Assembly (NCBI GenBank): GCA_944388175.1
Contig: CALXHR010000008.1
Span: 2,243-66,242 of the forward strand
Direction of reading: 5' to 3'
DNA length: 64,000 nucleotides
From: an uncultured Gemmiger sp.
Lineage (GTDB): Bacteria > Bacillota > Clostridia > Oscillospirales > Ruminococcaceae
Positions within the stretch are counted from its first letter, which is position 1. Every line of letters begins with the position of its first letter. The position numbers and the translations under genes were made by a program. The notes under the pieces are model-generated. The model saw only the letters and a program-made list of their open reading frames with translations, ran no database searches and was not told the origin of the DNA. This document shows positions 1-9,357 of the stretch, piece after piece.

Positions 1-1501
1 TGCCGCGCAAAAACGAGATCAGCATCGCGTCGTTTTCCTCAAGGTCCGCCAGTACCAGGCTCCACTGCGGGAACGGCTGCAGCGGCTGCTTTTCTTTCGG
101 TTTGGCAGGCGCGGGCGGTTTGGCGGCGGCTTGCGCCGCCTGTGGGGCCGGTGCGGCAGCGGGCGCAGAAGCCGCGGGCGCGGGGCGCAGTTCCGGCTGT
201 AGGAACGCGGGTTCTTCCTCCGGCGGGGGCGGTACGTCCGCATCCTCCGGCACTGCAGGCGGGGCCGCCTGCACCGTGGGCGGCGCAGTCTGCACCGGCG
301 GGGCGGCGGTTTGCGTGGGCGGCGGCGCAGCGGGAACAGTCTGCGGCACCGGGGCAGCCGCAAACGGCTGCGGCGCGGCGGGCTGTGCGGGTTGCGGCGC
401 GGCGGCCGGGCTGGCGGGGGCCGCCTGCGGCTGGGTCAGCGAAAAGACGGCCAGTTCCAGCTCAATGCGCTGGTCGGTGCTGCGGCCCATGTTTTCCAGC
501 GCCTGGCCAAAGGCGTTGATGGCGCGCACGGCCTCGCTTTGCGGGAAGTCCCTGCGCCGGGCGTAGGCGGCTTCTTCCTCGGGCGAAACACCGCTGAGCA
601 GTTCGGCCCCGCCGGGCAGCGCACAGAGCATCAGGTTGCGGTAATGCCCGGCCAGTTCCATACATAGGCGGCGCATATCGACGCTTTGCTGGCGCAGCGC
701 GGCGATTTCCTCCAGCGCCCGGACCGGCTCGCGCGCGGCGATGGCGTCGCTGATGGAAAACAGGTACCCGCGGTCGGTCACGCCGGCCATGCGGCGCACC
801 AGCGCTTCGTCGACGTGGTTGTCGACGCCGGCGCAGGTGTCCAAAACGGACAGCGCGTCGCGCATCGCACCGTCGGCCAGGCGGCCGATGAGCTGCGCCG
901 CGCCGGGGTCGAGGTCGATCTGCTCCTGCCCGGCAACGTAGGTCAGGCGGGCGGCGATGTCCTGCGCCGTGATGCGCGTGAAATCATACCGCTGGCAGCG
1001 GCTGAGGATGGTGACGGGGACTTTTTGCACCTCGGTGGTGGCCAGGATGAAGATGACATGCTCGGGCGGTTCTTCCATCGTCTTGAGCAGGGCGTTGAAC
1101 GCCTGCATCGAGAGCATGTGCACCTCGTCGATGATGTATACTTTGTAGCGGCACACCGACGGCAGGTAGGCGACTTCGTCGCGCAGGTCGCGGATATCGT
1201 CGACGCCGTTGTTGGAAGCGGCGTCCATCTCGATGATATCGAGGATCGCACCGCTGTCGATGCCTTTGCAGACCTCGCACTGGCAGCAGGGGTCGGGGCT
1301 GGTATGGTCCAGGCAGTTGACGGCCTTGGCAAAAATTTTGGCGCAGGTTGTCTTGCCGGTGCCGCGCGTGCCGGTGAACAGGTAGGCGTGGCCGATGCGC
1401 CCGGCGGCGATCTGGTTTTGCAGCGCCGTGACGATGGGCTGCTGGCCCACAACGTCGGCAAAGCGCTGCGGACGCCATTTGCGATACAATGCGCGGTACA
1501 C
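1..1501 (-). CDS. dnaX: DNA polymerase III subunit gamma/tau (3' end runs off window)
   Basis: GTG at 1501 after AAGGGGG RBS reads MYRALYRKWRPQRFADVVGQ, with GTRGTGKT Walker A and DEVHML; long Pro/Ala linker near 100-430; absent from the ORF track because there is no stop in the window. Confidence 0.95.
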   Translation of the reverse strand, partial: MYRALYRKWRPQRFADVVGQQPIVTALQNQIAAGRIGHAYLFTGTRGTGKTTCAKIFAKAVNCLDHTSPDPCCQCEVCKGIDSGAILDIIEMDAASNNGVDDIRDLRDEVAYLPSVCRYKVYIIDEVHMLSMQAFNALLKTMEEPPEHVIFILATTEVQKVPVTILSRCQRYDFTRITAQDIAARLTYVAGQEQIDLDPGAAQLIGRLADGAMRDALSVLDTCAGVDNHVDEALVRRMAGVTDRGYLFSISDAIAAREPVRALEEIAALRQQSVDMRRLCMELAGHYRNLMLCALPGGAELLSGVSPEEEAAYARRRDFPQSEAVRAINAFGQALENMGRSTDQRIELELAVFSLTQPQAAPASPAAAPQPAQPAAPQPFAAAPVPQTVPAAPPPTQTAAPPVQTAPPTVQAAPPAVPEDADVPPPPEEEPAFLQPELRPAPAASAPAAAPAPQAAQAAAKPPAPAKPKEKQPLQPFPQWSLVLADLEENDAMLISFLRG

Positions 1502-1537
1502 CGGCACACCCCCTTTTTGCAGTCCCTCAAGAAAAAA

Positions 1538-1706
1538 GCGGGCAGAGCACGCGGCTGCGCCGCTTTGCATACAGATGCAGGCTTGCCGCAGCACTGGGCA
1601 AGCGCCGCTTAATGCTGCTCGGTTCCCCGCCTGACATGGTTCACAGGCTGCCCACGCACGGGGCCCACATCTGTATGCAAAACAGCGCAATGCAGCCCTG
1701 TCCGCA
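1538..1706 (-). ncRNA. ffs: Signal recognition particle RNA
   Basis: Minus strand carries the SRP helix-8 motif CATGTCAGGCGG-GGAA-CCGAGCAGCAT; 5' and 3' ends pair (TTGCATACAGATG/CATCTGTATGCAA); T-tract follows; classic position upstream of dnaX. Confidence 0.9.
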
Positions 1707-1712
1707 GTTAGT

Positions 1713-1741
1713 ATTATACACGATCCCCGCCGCAAATGCAA
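1713..1741 (-). promoter_or_regulatory. sigmaA promoter for ffs/dnaX
   Basis: TTGCAT-N17-TATAAT. Confidence 0.8.
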
Positions 1742-1772
1742 GCGTTGGTTTTTGGCGGTTTGGGGCGGGCGT

Positions 1773-2537
1773 TCAGCGCCCCGGCACCGCCCGGCACAGG
1801 TAATACGCGCCTTCCGGCGCCCGGCGCAGCGTCACGCCGAACACCTCGTCCAGCACGCCGGCGGCAAAAAGCGCCTGCGGCGTGTCGAACGCCGCCAGCC
1901 CGCCCCCGGCCAGCACGGCCACGCGGTCGCTGTATTGCAGGGCCTGCGCGAGGTCATGCAATACCAGCACAACAGCATGCCCCTGCGCCGCCAGGGCGCG
2001 CAGGCGTTCCAGCAGTTCAAACTGGGCCGAAACGTCGAGGTAGGTTGCCGGTTCGTCCAGCAAAATAGCCGCGCTGCCCTGCGCCAGCGCCATGGCCAGG
2101 TAGACGCGCTGGCGCTCGCCGCCCGAAAGTTCGCGCACGTCCCGCCCGGCCCAGCGCGCGACGTCGGTTTGCTGCATGGCCTGTTCGACGGCGGCGCGGT
2201 CGGCGGCGGTCATCTGGCGCGAAAATCCCAGGTACGGGAACCGCCCGTGCCCGACCAGTGCCCGCACCGTGATGCCCGGCACGGGGCGCGTCTGCGGCAT
2301 AAACGCGACGGTGCGCGCGAGTTCTTTACGGCCATACGACGCAAGCGGGCGGCCTTGCAGCAGGATCTGCCCGCCGGCCAGCGGCAGCTGCCGCGCCATG
2401 GCCTTGAGCAGCGTCGTTTTGCCGCAGCCGTTGGGCCCCACCAGCGCCGTGACCTGCCCGGGGCGCGCGGCGAAACTGACGTTTTGCAGCACCGGCGCGC
2501 CGCCGTACCCCACCGTGACGCGCTGCAACTCAAACAT
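1773..2537 (-). CDS. Fe/cobalamin-type ABC transporter ATPase (FecE/BtuD-like)
   Basis: GPNGCGKTT, LSGGERQR, LLDEP; ATG MFELQRV overlaps the permease stop. Confidence 0.9.
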   Translation of the reverse strand: MFELQRVTVGYGGAPVLQNVSFAARPGQVTALVGPNGCGKTTLLKAMARQLPLAGGQILLQGRPLASYGRKELARTVAFMPQTRPVPGITVRALVGHGRFPYLGFSRQMTAADRAAVEQAMQQTDVARWAGRDVRELSGGERQRVYLAMALAQGSAAILLDEPATYLDVSAQFELLERLRALAAQGHAVVLVLHDLAQALQYSDRVAVLAGGGLAAFDTPQALFAAGVLDEVFGVTLRRAPEGAYYLCRAVPGR

Positions 2538-3537
2538 AGATGCGCCCCCTTTTGCGCCCCAGCAGCAAACTGAGGAAAAACGGCCCGCCGATGAGCGAGA
2601 GCAGGATGCCCACCGGCAGTTCAAACGGGGCGAACAGCAGCCGGGCGGCCAGGTCGCACAGCGTCACAAACGCCGCCCCCAGCAGCGCGACGACCGGCAG
2701 CAGCGCCCGGTGGTCGCTGCCGGCCCACCGGCGCGCGATGTGCGGCGCCAGCAGCCCCACAAAGCTGAGCAGCCCGGCAAAGCTGACGGCCGCCCCGGCC
2801 AGCAGCGCGGCGGCCAGGATGCCCAAAAACCGCGTGCGGGGCACGGCCAGGCCCAGGGAGGCGGCGCTTTCCTCGCCCAGGCAGAGCACATTGAGGTCGA
2901 CGGCCAAAAACAGGGCCAGCGCCAGCCCGGCCGCGCCGTAGGGGGCGGCGTCGGCCAGCATGCGCAGCGTCACGCCGGAAAGCCCGCCCGTCAAAAAGCC
3001 GGGCGAACCGGCCGCAAGTTCCGGCCAGAGCAGTTTGAGCGTGTTGATGCCGGCGGTGAGTATGCCGCTGACCGCCAGGCCCGCCAGCACCAGCGTTGTG
3101 CGCGAAAGCCCGGCCCGCCAGGCCAGCAGGTAGACGAGCATGGCGCAGCCCAGCGCGCCCAGAAACGCGGCGAACTGCGCCGCCCCCGGCACGGCGGGTG
3201 CCAGCGCCATGGCCAGCAGCGCAAAAAAACCGGCCCCGGCGTTGACGCCGATGACGTTGGGGCTGGCCATGGCGTTGTTGAGCACGGCCTGCAGCAGCAC
3301 GCCGGCCGCCGCCAGCGCTGCCCCGGCAAACAGCCCGGCCAGCACGCGCGGCAGGCGCACATAGGCCACGACGCGCCAGACGGTATCGGCAGCGTCCCGC
3401 GCGCAGAGCGCCCGCCACAGCTGGGCGGGCGTATACGGCTGGCTGCCCAGGCAGAGCCCGGCCGCCGCGGCCCCCAACACGGCCAACACCAGCGCGGCCA
3501 GCACTACCCCGGTTTTGTGGGTGCGCAAAGTTTCCAT
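2530..3537 (-). CDS. FecCD/BtuC-family ABC permease
   Basis: VRLPRVLAG, NAMASPNVIGVNAGA, GEESAASLG, FVGLLAPHIAR, ELPVG motifs; start METLRTHK. Confidence 0.9.
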   Translation of the reverse strand: METLRTHKTGVVLAALVLAVLGAAAAGLCLGSQPYTPAQLWRALCARDAADTVWRVVAYVRLPRVLAGLFAGAALAAAGVLLQAVLNNAMASPNVIGVNAGAGFFALLAMALAPAVPGAAQFAAFLGALGCAMLVYLLAWRAGLSRTTLVLAGLAVSGILTAGINTLKLLWPELAAGSPGFLTGGLSGVTLRMLADAAPYGAAGLALALFLAVDLNVLCLGEESAASLGLAVPRTRFLGILAAALLAGAAVSFAGLLSFVGLLAPHIARRWAGSDHRALLPVVALLGAAFVTLCDLAARLLFAPFELPVGILLSLIGGPFFLSLLLGRKRGRIYV

Positions 3538-3587
3538 GCAGACCTCTCTTACAAATACAAAAACGGCCGCGCCGGGGGATGCGCGGT

Positions 3588-4361
3588 TCACAGCCCCCCG
3601 GCGGCCTGTTTGAATTTTTGGCAATACAGCTGCTGGATGCCCGGCAGACTGCCCAGCCCCCGCAGCGTGCAGCGCACCGTAAACCCGGCCGCCCGCAGCC
3701 GGGTCTGCCAACTGGCAGGGTCTTGCCCCGCCAGGTTGCGGCAGGCGTGCGCGCCGGCCCCCAGCAAAAACGGCATCAAATGGACGCGGCGGTTGCCGGC
3801 GGCGTGCAGTGCGGGCAGCACGTCGTCCAGCGCGGGCCAGCCGTGCAGCGTCGCCACCAAAACATCCCGCCGCCCCTGCAGCGCAAAGACGCCCTGCAGC
3901 GCCGGGTAGACGACACCGGCAAACCGGTCGGTGCCATGCCCGGCCAGCAGCAGCGTTTCGCCGGGCTGCGGCGGGCAGGCTGCGGTGACGGCGCGCGCCG
4001 CGGCCACAAGGTCGGCGGTGCAGGCCAGCAGCGGCTCGCCCACCCGCAGGTGTTCCAACTTTCCGGCGTGGGCGGCGGCTTCGGCACAAAGGGCTTCGTA
4101 GTCCCGCCCGGGCAAAAGGTTCGTGGGCTGGACGACGACGGTGCGGCAGCCGGCGGCGGCGAGTTTTTCCAGTGCCTGGGCGACGCTGTCGGCCGGCAGG
4201 CCGTTTTGCGCCATCCGCGCGCGCAGCACCGGGCTGGTGACGGCGCGCGCAAAGGCCCAGCCGGGCGCGGCGGCTTGCAGCGCGACCTCGACGGCGGCGC
4301 GGTCGGCGCGCGGGCGCGGGTCCACCGCGCCGTACCCGGTGCAGAGCAAAGCGTTTTGCAT
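3588..4361 (-). CDS. cbiK: Sirohydrochlorin cobaltochelatase (CbiK family)
   Basis: VVVQPT..PG.DY, AGHGT and GAGAHA histidine motifs, C-terminal GLG. Confidence 0.75.
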   Translation of the reverse strand: MQNALLCTGYGAVDPRPRADRAAVEVALQAAAPGWAFARAVTSPVLRARMAQNGLPADSVAQALEKLAAAGCRTVVVQPTNLLPGRDYEALCAEAAAHAGKLEHLRVGEPLLACTADLVAAARAVTAACPPQPGETLLLAGHGTDRFAGVVYPALQGVFALQGRRDVLVATLHGWPALDDVLPALHAAGNRRVHLMPFLLGAGAHACRNLAGQDPASWQTRLRAAGFTVRCTLRGLGSLPGIQQLYCQKFKQAAGGL

Positions 4362-4383
4362 AAGGTTTCTCCCCCGTCGCCCG

Positions 4384-6780
4384 TCAGCCCAGGATGGCCT
4401 TGGCCAGGTCGGCGCTGGCCTTGGCGTCCTTGCAGTAGAAATCGGCCCCGATCTGCTTGGCGTAGGCCGGCGTCAGCACCGCGCCGCCCACCCAGACCTG
4501 GCAGGGCAGCCCGGCTTCGCGCAGCACGTCGATGGTCGCTTTCATGTTGGGCACCGTCGTTGTCATCAACGCCGAAAGCCCCACCAGTTTAGCCCCGGTG
4601 GCGCGCACGGCTTCCACAACGCGCTCGGGCGGCACGTCGCGGCCGAGGTCCAGCACGTCGTAGCCGTAGTTTTCCAAAATGACGCGCACGATGTTTTTGC
4701 CGATATCGTGCACGTCGCCCTGCACGGTGGCCAGCACGATTTTGCCCTTGCCGGCGCCGCCCGGCTGCCCCTGCGCGGCGATGGCCGCCTTGACGGCCTC
4801 GAACGCGGCCTGTGCGGCCGTGGCGGCCTGCAACAGCTGCGGCAGAAAGACGGTGCCTTTCTCGAACCCGTCGCCGACGGCGTCCAGCGCCGGGATCAGC
4901 GAGGTGTTGACGACCGCCAGCGGTTCCTGCGTGCGCAGCGCCGTTTCGGCGGCGGCGCGGGCTTCGTCCTGCAAGCCGCGGCGCACCGCTTCAAACAGCG
5001 CATCGCCGCTGGGCGCGCCCTGCGGCGCAGCCGGGGCGGCGGCCACCGCCTGCGTTTGCAGCTGGACGTTGGCATAGGCCTGCACGTAGGCGGCGCTCTG
5101 CGGGTCCTGGGCCGTCAATACGCGGTAGGCGCGCACGGCGGCCATCATCTCGGGCGTGTTGGGGTTCATGATGGCAAGATCCAGCCCGGCGACCATCGCC
5201 ATCGTCAAAAACGTTGTGTTGAGGTAGCTGCGGCAGGGCAACCCAAAGCTGATGTTGGACACGCCCAGCACCGTGCGCACGCCGAGTTCCCGCTTGCAGC
5301 GCGTCAGCGCCTGCAAAGTCTGGGCCGCGCCCTCCTGCTGGGCGCTGGCGGTCAGCGTCAGGCAGTCGATGTAGACGTCCTCGCGCGGGATGCCGGCAGC
5401 GTCGGTGGCCGCCACGATGCGGCGGGCGATGGCCAGGCGGCCCTCGGCGTCGTCGGGGATGCCGTGCTCGTCCAGCGTCAGGCCGACGACGGCCGCGCCG
5501 TACTTTTTGCACAGCGGCAGGATGGCATCCAGCGTTTTTGGCTCGCCATTGACGGAATTGACGATGGGCTTGCCGTTGTAGACGCGCAGCGCGCGGGCCA
5601 GCGCCGCCGGGTCGGAGGAATCCAGCTGCAGCGGCAGGTCGGTGACAGCCTGCAGCTCGCAGACCAGGCGTTCCAGCACGGCGGCTTCGTCGATGCCGGG
5701 CAGCCCGGCGTTGACGTCCAGCACCTCGGCCCCGGCTTCGGCCTGGGCCACGGCCTGGGCGCAGGGGTAGGCGCTGTCCCCCTCCCGCAGAGCCTGCTGC
5801 AGCCGCTTTTTGCCGGTGGGGTTGATGCGCTCGCCCACGACGGTGATGCCGTCGACCTCGACAAAGCGCACCGGCGTGCACAGGCAGCTGCGGCGCAGCG
5901 GGATTTTTTGCGCGGGGGTTTGCGCCGCAAACGCGGCGCGCAGCGCGGCGATGTACGCCGGCGTGGTGCCGCAGCAGCCGCCCAGCATGGATACGCCGGT
6001 GGCGGCATACGCCTGCATCTGGCGGGCGAAATCCTCGGCCGTAAGGTCGTAACTGCCGTCGAGGTTGGGCAGCCCGGCGTTGGGTTTGACGAACACCGGC
6101 ACCCCGGCCGGCACCGTGCGGCACAGGCGCTGGGCAAAGGGCAGAATCTCCTGCGGGCCGAGCGAACAGTTGATGCCGACGGCGTCCGCCCCCAGGCCCG
6201 CCGCCGTGACGGCGTAGCTTTCGACCGTGCAGCCGGTGAATGTGCGGCCGTTTGCTTCAAAACTCATCGAGGTGAACACCGGCAGGGCGCTGTTTTCTTT
6301 GGCGGCCAGCACCGCGGCTTTGAGCTCGTACAGGTCGGTCATCGTCTCAATAAAGACAAAGTCCGCCCCGGCCGCCGCGCCGACGCGCACGATCTCGGCA
6401 AAGGCGGCGCAGGCGTCGGCAAACGGGAGCGTGCCGGCCGGGGCCAACAGTTCGCCCAAAGGGCCGATGTCCAGCCCGACGAGCGCGCCGCAGGGCGCGG
6501 CGGCCTGTTTGGCGCAGGCGATGGACGCCGCCACGACTTCGGCCACCGTATGGCCGCTGCCCGCCAGCTTGCGGGCGTTGGCTCCAAAGGTGTTGGCCAG
6601 CAAAAGTTCCGCCCCGGCCGCCGCATACTCGGCATGGATGGCTGTGAGCGTCTGCGGCATTTCCAGGGCGGCCAGTTCCGGTTTTTGGCCGGGCTGCAGC
6701 CCGCGTTTTTGCAGTTCGGTGCCCATGGCGCCGTCCATAAAGACAAAACGGCGGCGGGCCCATACTTCCTCGATGCGCAC
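4384..6780 (-). CDS. metH: B12-dependent methionine synthase (Hcy-binding, pterin-binding and B12-binding domains; no activation domain)
   Basis: DGAMGT, GINC, GGCCGT, GERINPTGKK, GVSNISFG, GDVHDIGKN; GTG start at 6780 with RBS. Confidence 0.9.
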   Translation of the reverse strand: MRIEEVWARRRFVFMDGAMGTELQKRGLQPGQKPELAALEMPQTLTAIHAEYAAAGAELLLANTFGANARKLAGSGHTVAEVVAASIACAKQAAAPCGALVGLDIGPLGELLAPAGTLPFADACAAFAEIVRVGAAAGADFVFIETMTDLYELKAAVLAAKENSALPVFTSMSFEANGRTFTGCTVESYAVTAAGLGADAVGINCSLGPQEILPFAQRLCRTVPAGVPVFVKPNAGLPNLDGSYDLTAEDFARQMQAYAATGVSMLGGCCGTTPAYIAALRAAFAAQTPAQKIPLRRSCLCTPVRFVEVDGITVVGERINPTGKKRLQQALREGDSAYPCAQAVAQAEAGAEVLDVNAGLPGIDEAAVLERLVCELQAVTDLPLQLDSSDPAALARALRVYNGKPIVNSVNGEPKTLDAILPLCKKYGAAVVGLTLDEHGIPDDAEGRLAIARRIVAATDAAGIPREDVYIDCLTLTASAQQEGAAQTLQALTRCKRELGVRTVLGVSNISFGLPCRSYLNTTFLTMAMVAGLDLAIMNPNTPEMMAAVRAYRVLTAQDPQSAAYVQAYANVQLQTQAVAAAPAAPQGAPSGDALFEAVRRGLQDEARAAAETALRTQEPLAVVNTSLIPALDAVGDGFEKGTVFLPQLLQAATAAQAAFEAVKAAIAAQGQPGGAGKGKIVLATVQGDVHDIGKNIVRVILENYGYDVLDLGRDVPPERVVEAVRATGAKLVGLSALMTTTVPNMKATIDVLREAGLPCQVWVGGAVLTPAYAKQIGADFYCKDAKASADLAKAILG

Positions 6781-6799
6781 AGGCGCTTCTCCCCTCTCG

Positions 6800-7468
6800 T
6801 CAGGTCGTTTTGGCAAAGCAGGTTGTGCCCTGTTTGCGGTAGGCGCAGGTCTGTTTCAAATGGCAGGTCGCGCAGCCGGCTGCCGCACCGGTGACCGGGT
6901 GCCCCGCCACGCCCAGCAGCGCCGTGGTGCTTTTGCGCGGGGCCAGCAGGTACTGCGGCGTTACGGCCAGGCCGCAGCCGCGCACGCTGTCCACCGCCAG
7001 GCAGAGTTCGTCGTTGAGCGCCAGCGGGCAGTCGCCGTAGCCCGGCGCAAAGCGCCCGGTCAGGTAACGCCCCTGCGCGGCCAGCGCGGCGCGCTGCTCG
7101 GTTTCCCAGGCGTCGCAGATTTGTTCGAGCATGGCGGAAGCCAGTGCGTCGGCGCAGGCGGCCAGCGCGATATCGGTCAGTTCCAGGCGGCGCAGCAAAG
7201 CGTCCACGCCGCTGCCCAGCGTCGCGGCCAGCAGCAATACCTCATCGCAGCCCTGCAGGTGGCGCGCCAGGTCGTGCCCGGTGTTTTGCAGCGGCAGCGC
7301 CGTGCACGGCAGCACCCGCCACACCGCGCGCGGCACCGCGGCGCCGCGCACCTGCTGTTCGGCACGGTCCAGCAGCGCCGCGGTGCGCGGGTCCGGCTGC
7401 CAGCCCGCCGCGCCCAAAAAGCGCAGCGCCATGGCGCGGTCCAGCGCCGCGGGCAGTTCGCGCCGCAT
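6800..7468 (-). CDS. Stand-alone methionine synthase activation-domain protein
   Basis: LAATLG, RFAPGYGD, PRKSTTA motifs, C-terminal CxxC; lies between metF and metH. Confidence 0.8.
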   Translation of the reverse strand: MRRELPAALDRAMALRFLGAAGWQPDPRTAALLDRAEQQVRGAAVPRAVWRVLPCTALPLQNTGHDLARHLQGCDEVLLLAATLGSGVDALLRRLELTDIALAACADALASAMLEQICDAWETEQRAALAAQGRYLTGRFAPGYGDCPLALNDELCLAVDSVRGCGLAVTPQYLLAPRKSTTALLGVAGHPVTGAAAGCATCHLKQTCAYRKQGTTCFAKTT

Positions 7469-8331
7469 TACAGCAGGTCCCGGATGCCGTCGTAGACTTT
7501 TTGCGCCACGGCGGCGTCGTTCATGGCATAGAGGTGGATGCCGTCGGCCCCGCCCTCGATCAGATCGCGCAGCTGGCGCACGGCGTAGTCGATGCCGGCG
7601 TTGTAGAGCGCGGCGGGGTCGTCCTGCCAGCGGGAGATCATGCGCGTGAAGTCCGACGGCAGGCTGGCCGAGGACAGCGCGACGGTGCGCTCGATCTGGC
7701 TGCGCTTGACGATGGGCATGACGCCCGCCGAGACCGGCAGCGTGATGCCCGCGCGGCGCGCCAGGTTGAGGAAGCGGTAAAAGTGCATGTTGTCAAAAAA
7801 CAGCTGGGTAATCAGGTGTTCGGCCCCGGCGGCCTGCTTGATGCGCAGGTTTTCGACGTCCTGGCGCAGCGTCTCGGCTTCGGGGTGGCCCTCCGGGTAG
7901 CAGGCGCCGTGCACCGAGAACCCGGGTTTTGCCTGCTTGATGAACGCTGTCAGGTCGCTGGCGTGGGCAAAATCGGCGCTTTCGGGGCGGGTGGGCGTGC
8001 GGTCGCCGCGCAACGCCAGCACATCGCGCACGCCGACACGCTCGAGTTCGTCGAGGATGGCCGCCGCGCTCGCGCGGTCGTTGCCCATGCAGATCAGGTG
8101 CGCCAACGCCGGCACGCCGCAGGCATTCTGCACGACGTCGGCCACCTCCACGGTGGAGACGCCGCCGGCCGAGCCGCCCGCGCCGAACGTGACACTGATA
8201 AAATCCGGGTGCAACGCGCCCATGGCCTGCAGGGCGGCGCGCAGCTTGTCCATCTGGGTGGTCTGCTTGGGCGGGAAACACTCAATGGAAAACACGCAGC
8301 GTTTGGCTTTGAACTGTTCGGTAATGGTCAT
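7468..8331 (-). CDS. metF: Methylenetetrahydrofolate reductase
   Basis: SIECFPPK, SVTFGAGG, LALRGD, YPEGH, ITQLFF, GIHLYAMN. Confidence 0.93.
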   Translation of the reverse strand: MTITEQFKAKRCVFSIECFPPKQTTQMDKLRAALQAMGALHPDFISVTFGAGGSAGGVSTVEVADVVQNACGVPALAHLICMGNDRASAAAILDELERVGVRDVLALRGDRTPTRPESADFAHASDLTAFIKQAKPGFSVHGACYPEGHPEAETLRQDVENLRIKQAAGAEHLITQLFFDNMHFYRFLNLARRAGITLPVSAGVMPIVKRSQIERTVALSSASLPSDFTRMISRWQDDPAALYNAGIDYAVRQLRDLIEGGADGIHLYAMNDAAVAQKVYDGIRDLL

Positions 8332-8355
8332 GCTCCGTCCCCCTGTGATACATTT

Positions 8356-9357
8356 TCAGGCTGCGGCGTCCTGCGTTTCCTCGTCGGGCAGGGTCGCCTG
8401 CAGCGTTCCGTTTTGGTAGGTAAAAGTAAGGGTGCCCTGCTCGTCGGTGCGGTAGACGTCCACGCCATAGGCAGCCAGACGGCGCAGCACTTCGGCATGC
8501 GGGTGGCCGTAGTCGTTGTCGCGCCCGCAGCTGATGACAGCCGCCTGCGGCCGCACGGCCGAGAGCAGCGTCTCGCCGCTGGAAGTGGACGAGCCGTGGT
8601 GGCCCGCCTTATACAGCACGGCGTGCAGGTTGCGGCCGTATTCGTCGACGAGCCGCTGTTCGGCTTCCGCCTCGGCGTCGCCGGTGGCCAGGTAGCGGAA
8701 ACCGCCCGCCGTGAACAGCAGGCAGAGCGAACCGTTGTTGGCGTCGTCCTCATCTACGGTCAGCGCGCTGCCGCCCTGCAGAATTTGCAGCGTCCCGGAC
8801 CCCAGCGCAAAGCGGTCGCCCTGCGACGTTTCGGTCAGCGGCACGCCGGCTTCATTCGCCTGTTCCAGAACCGCGCGCGGCCAGGCGGACGCTTCCCCTG
8901 CCGGTGGGTCCCACACCGGCACCAGCAGCGTTTCGACCGGCAGCGCTTCCAGCACGGCGGCCGCGCCGCCGGTGTGGTCGGCATGCGGGTGGGTCAGCAC
9001 CAGGTAGCGCAGCCGCTTGACCCCGGCCAGCTGCAAACTGCGCGCCAACGCGTCGGCGGTATCGGCCGTGCCGGTGTCGATCAGGCAGTATTCGCCGTCT
9101 TGGCCAATCAACACGGCGTCGCCCTGGCCCACATCCAGCACGGTGACGGTGGTGGGGCTGGCGGCCAGCAGTTCGGCGTCGGGCGCGTCCAACGGCACGC
9201 CGAACGCCGCGTACAGCTGCGTCCAGGTGGGCACGCCGCCGCGCCCGCCGGCAAATTCCACCACATAGGCGGATACGGCCAGCGCCAGCACCGCCAGGCA
9301 GAGGACTACCCGGCGAACCGTGCGCAGCAGGCGATTAGCCTTCCTCGTACTGGCCAT
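8356..9357 (-). CDS. ComEC-like MBL-fold metallo-hydrolase, membrane anchored
   Basis: DVGQGD, THPHADH, GHHGS, YGHP, RTDEQG; N-terminal TM segment. Confidence 0.88.
   Translation of the reverse strand: MASTRKANRLLRTVRRVVLCLAVLALAVSAYVVEFAGGRGGVPTWTQLYAAFGVPLDAPDAELLAASPTTVTVLDVGQGDAVLIGQDGEYCLIDTGTADTADALARSLQLAGVKRLRYLVLTHPHADHTGGAAAVLEALPVETLLVPVWDPPAGEASAWPRAVLEQANEAGVPLTETSQGDRFALGSGTLQILQGGSALTVDEDDANNGSLCLLFTAGGFRYLATGDAEAEAEQRLVDEYGRNLHAVLYKAGHHGSSTSSGETLLSAVRPQAAVISCGRDNDYGHPHAEVLRRLAAYGVDVYRTDEQGTLTFTYQNGTLQATLPDEETQDAAA

Noticed and set aside
86-100. A-rich AAAGAAAAAG in dnaX as a programmed -1 frameshift site
   Set aside because: In frame it reads AAA GAA AAA GCA, not A AAA AAG, and there is no long A-run for transcriptional slippage
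100-430. GC-rich repetitive tract in dnaX (and similar tracts in ftsK and the GldA tail)
   Set aside because: Encodes ordinary Pro/Ala/Glu low-complexity linkers, not a DNA repeat array
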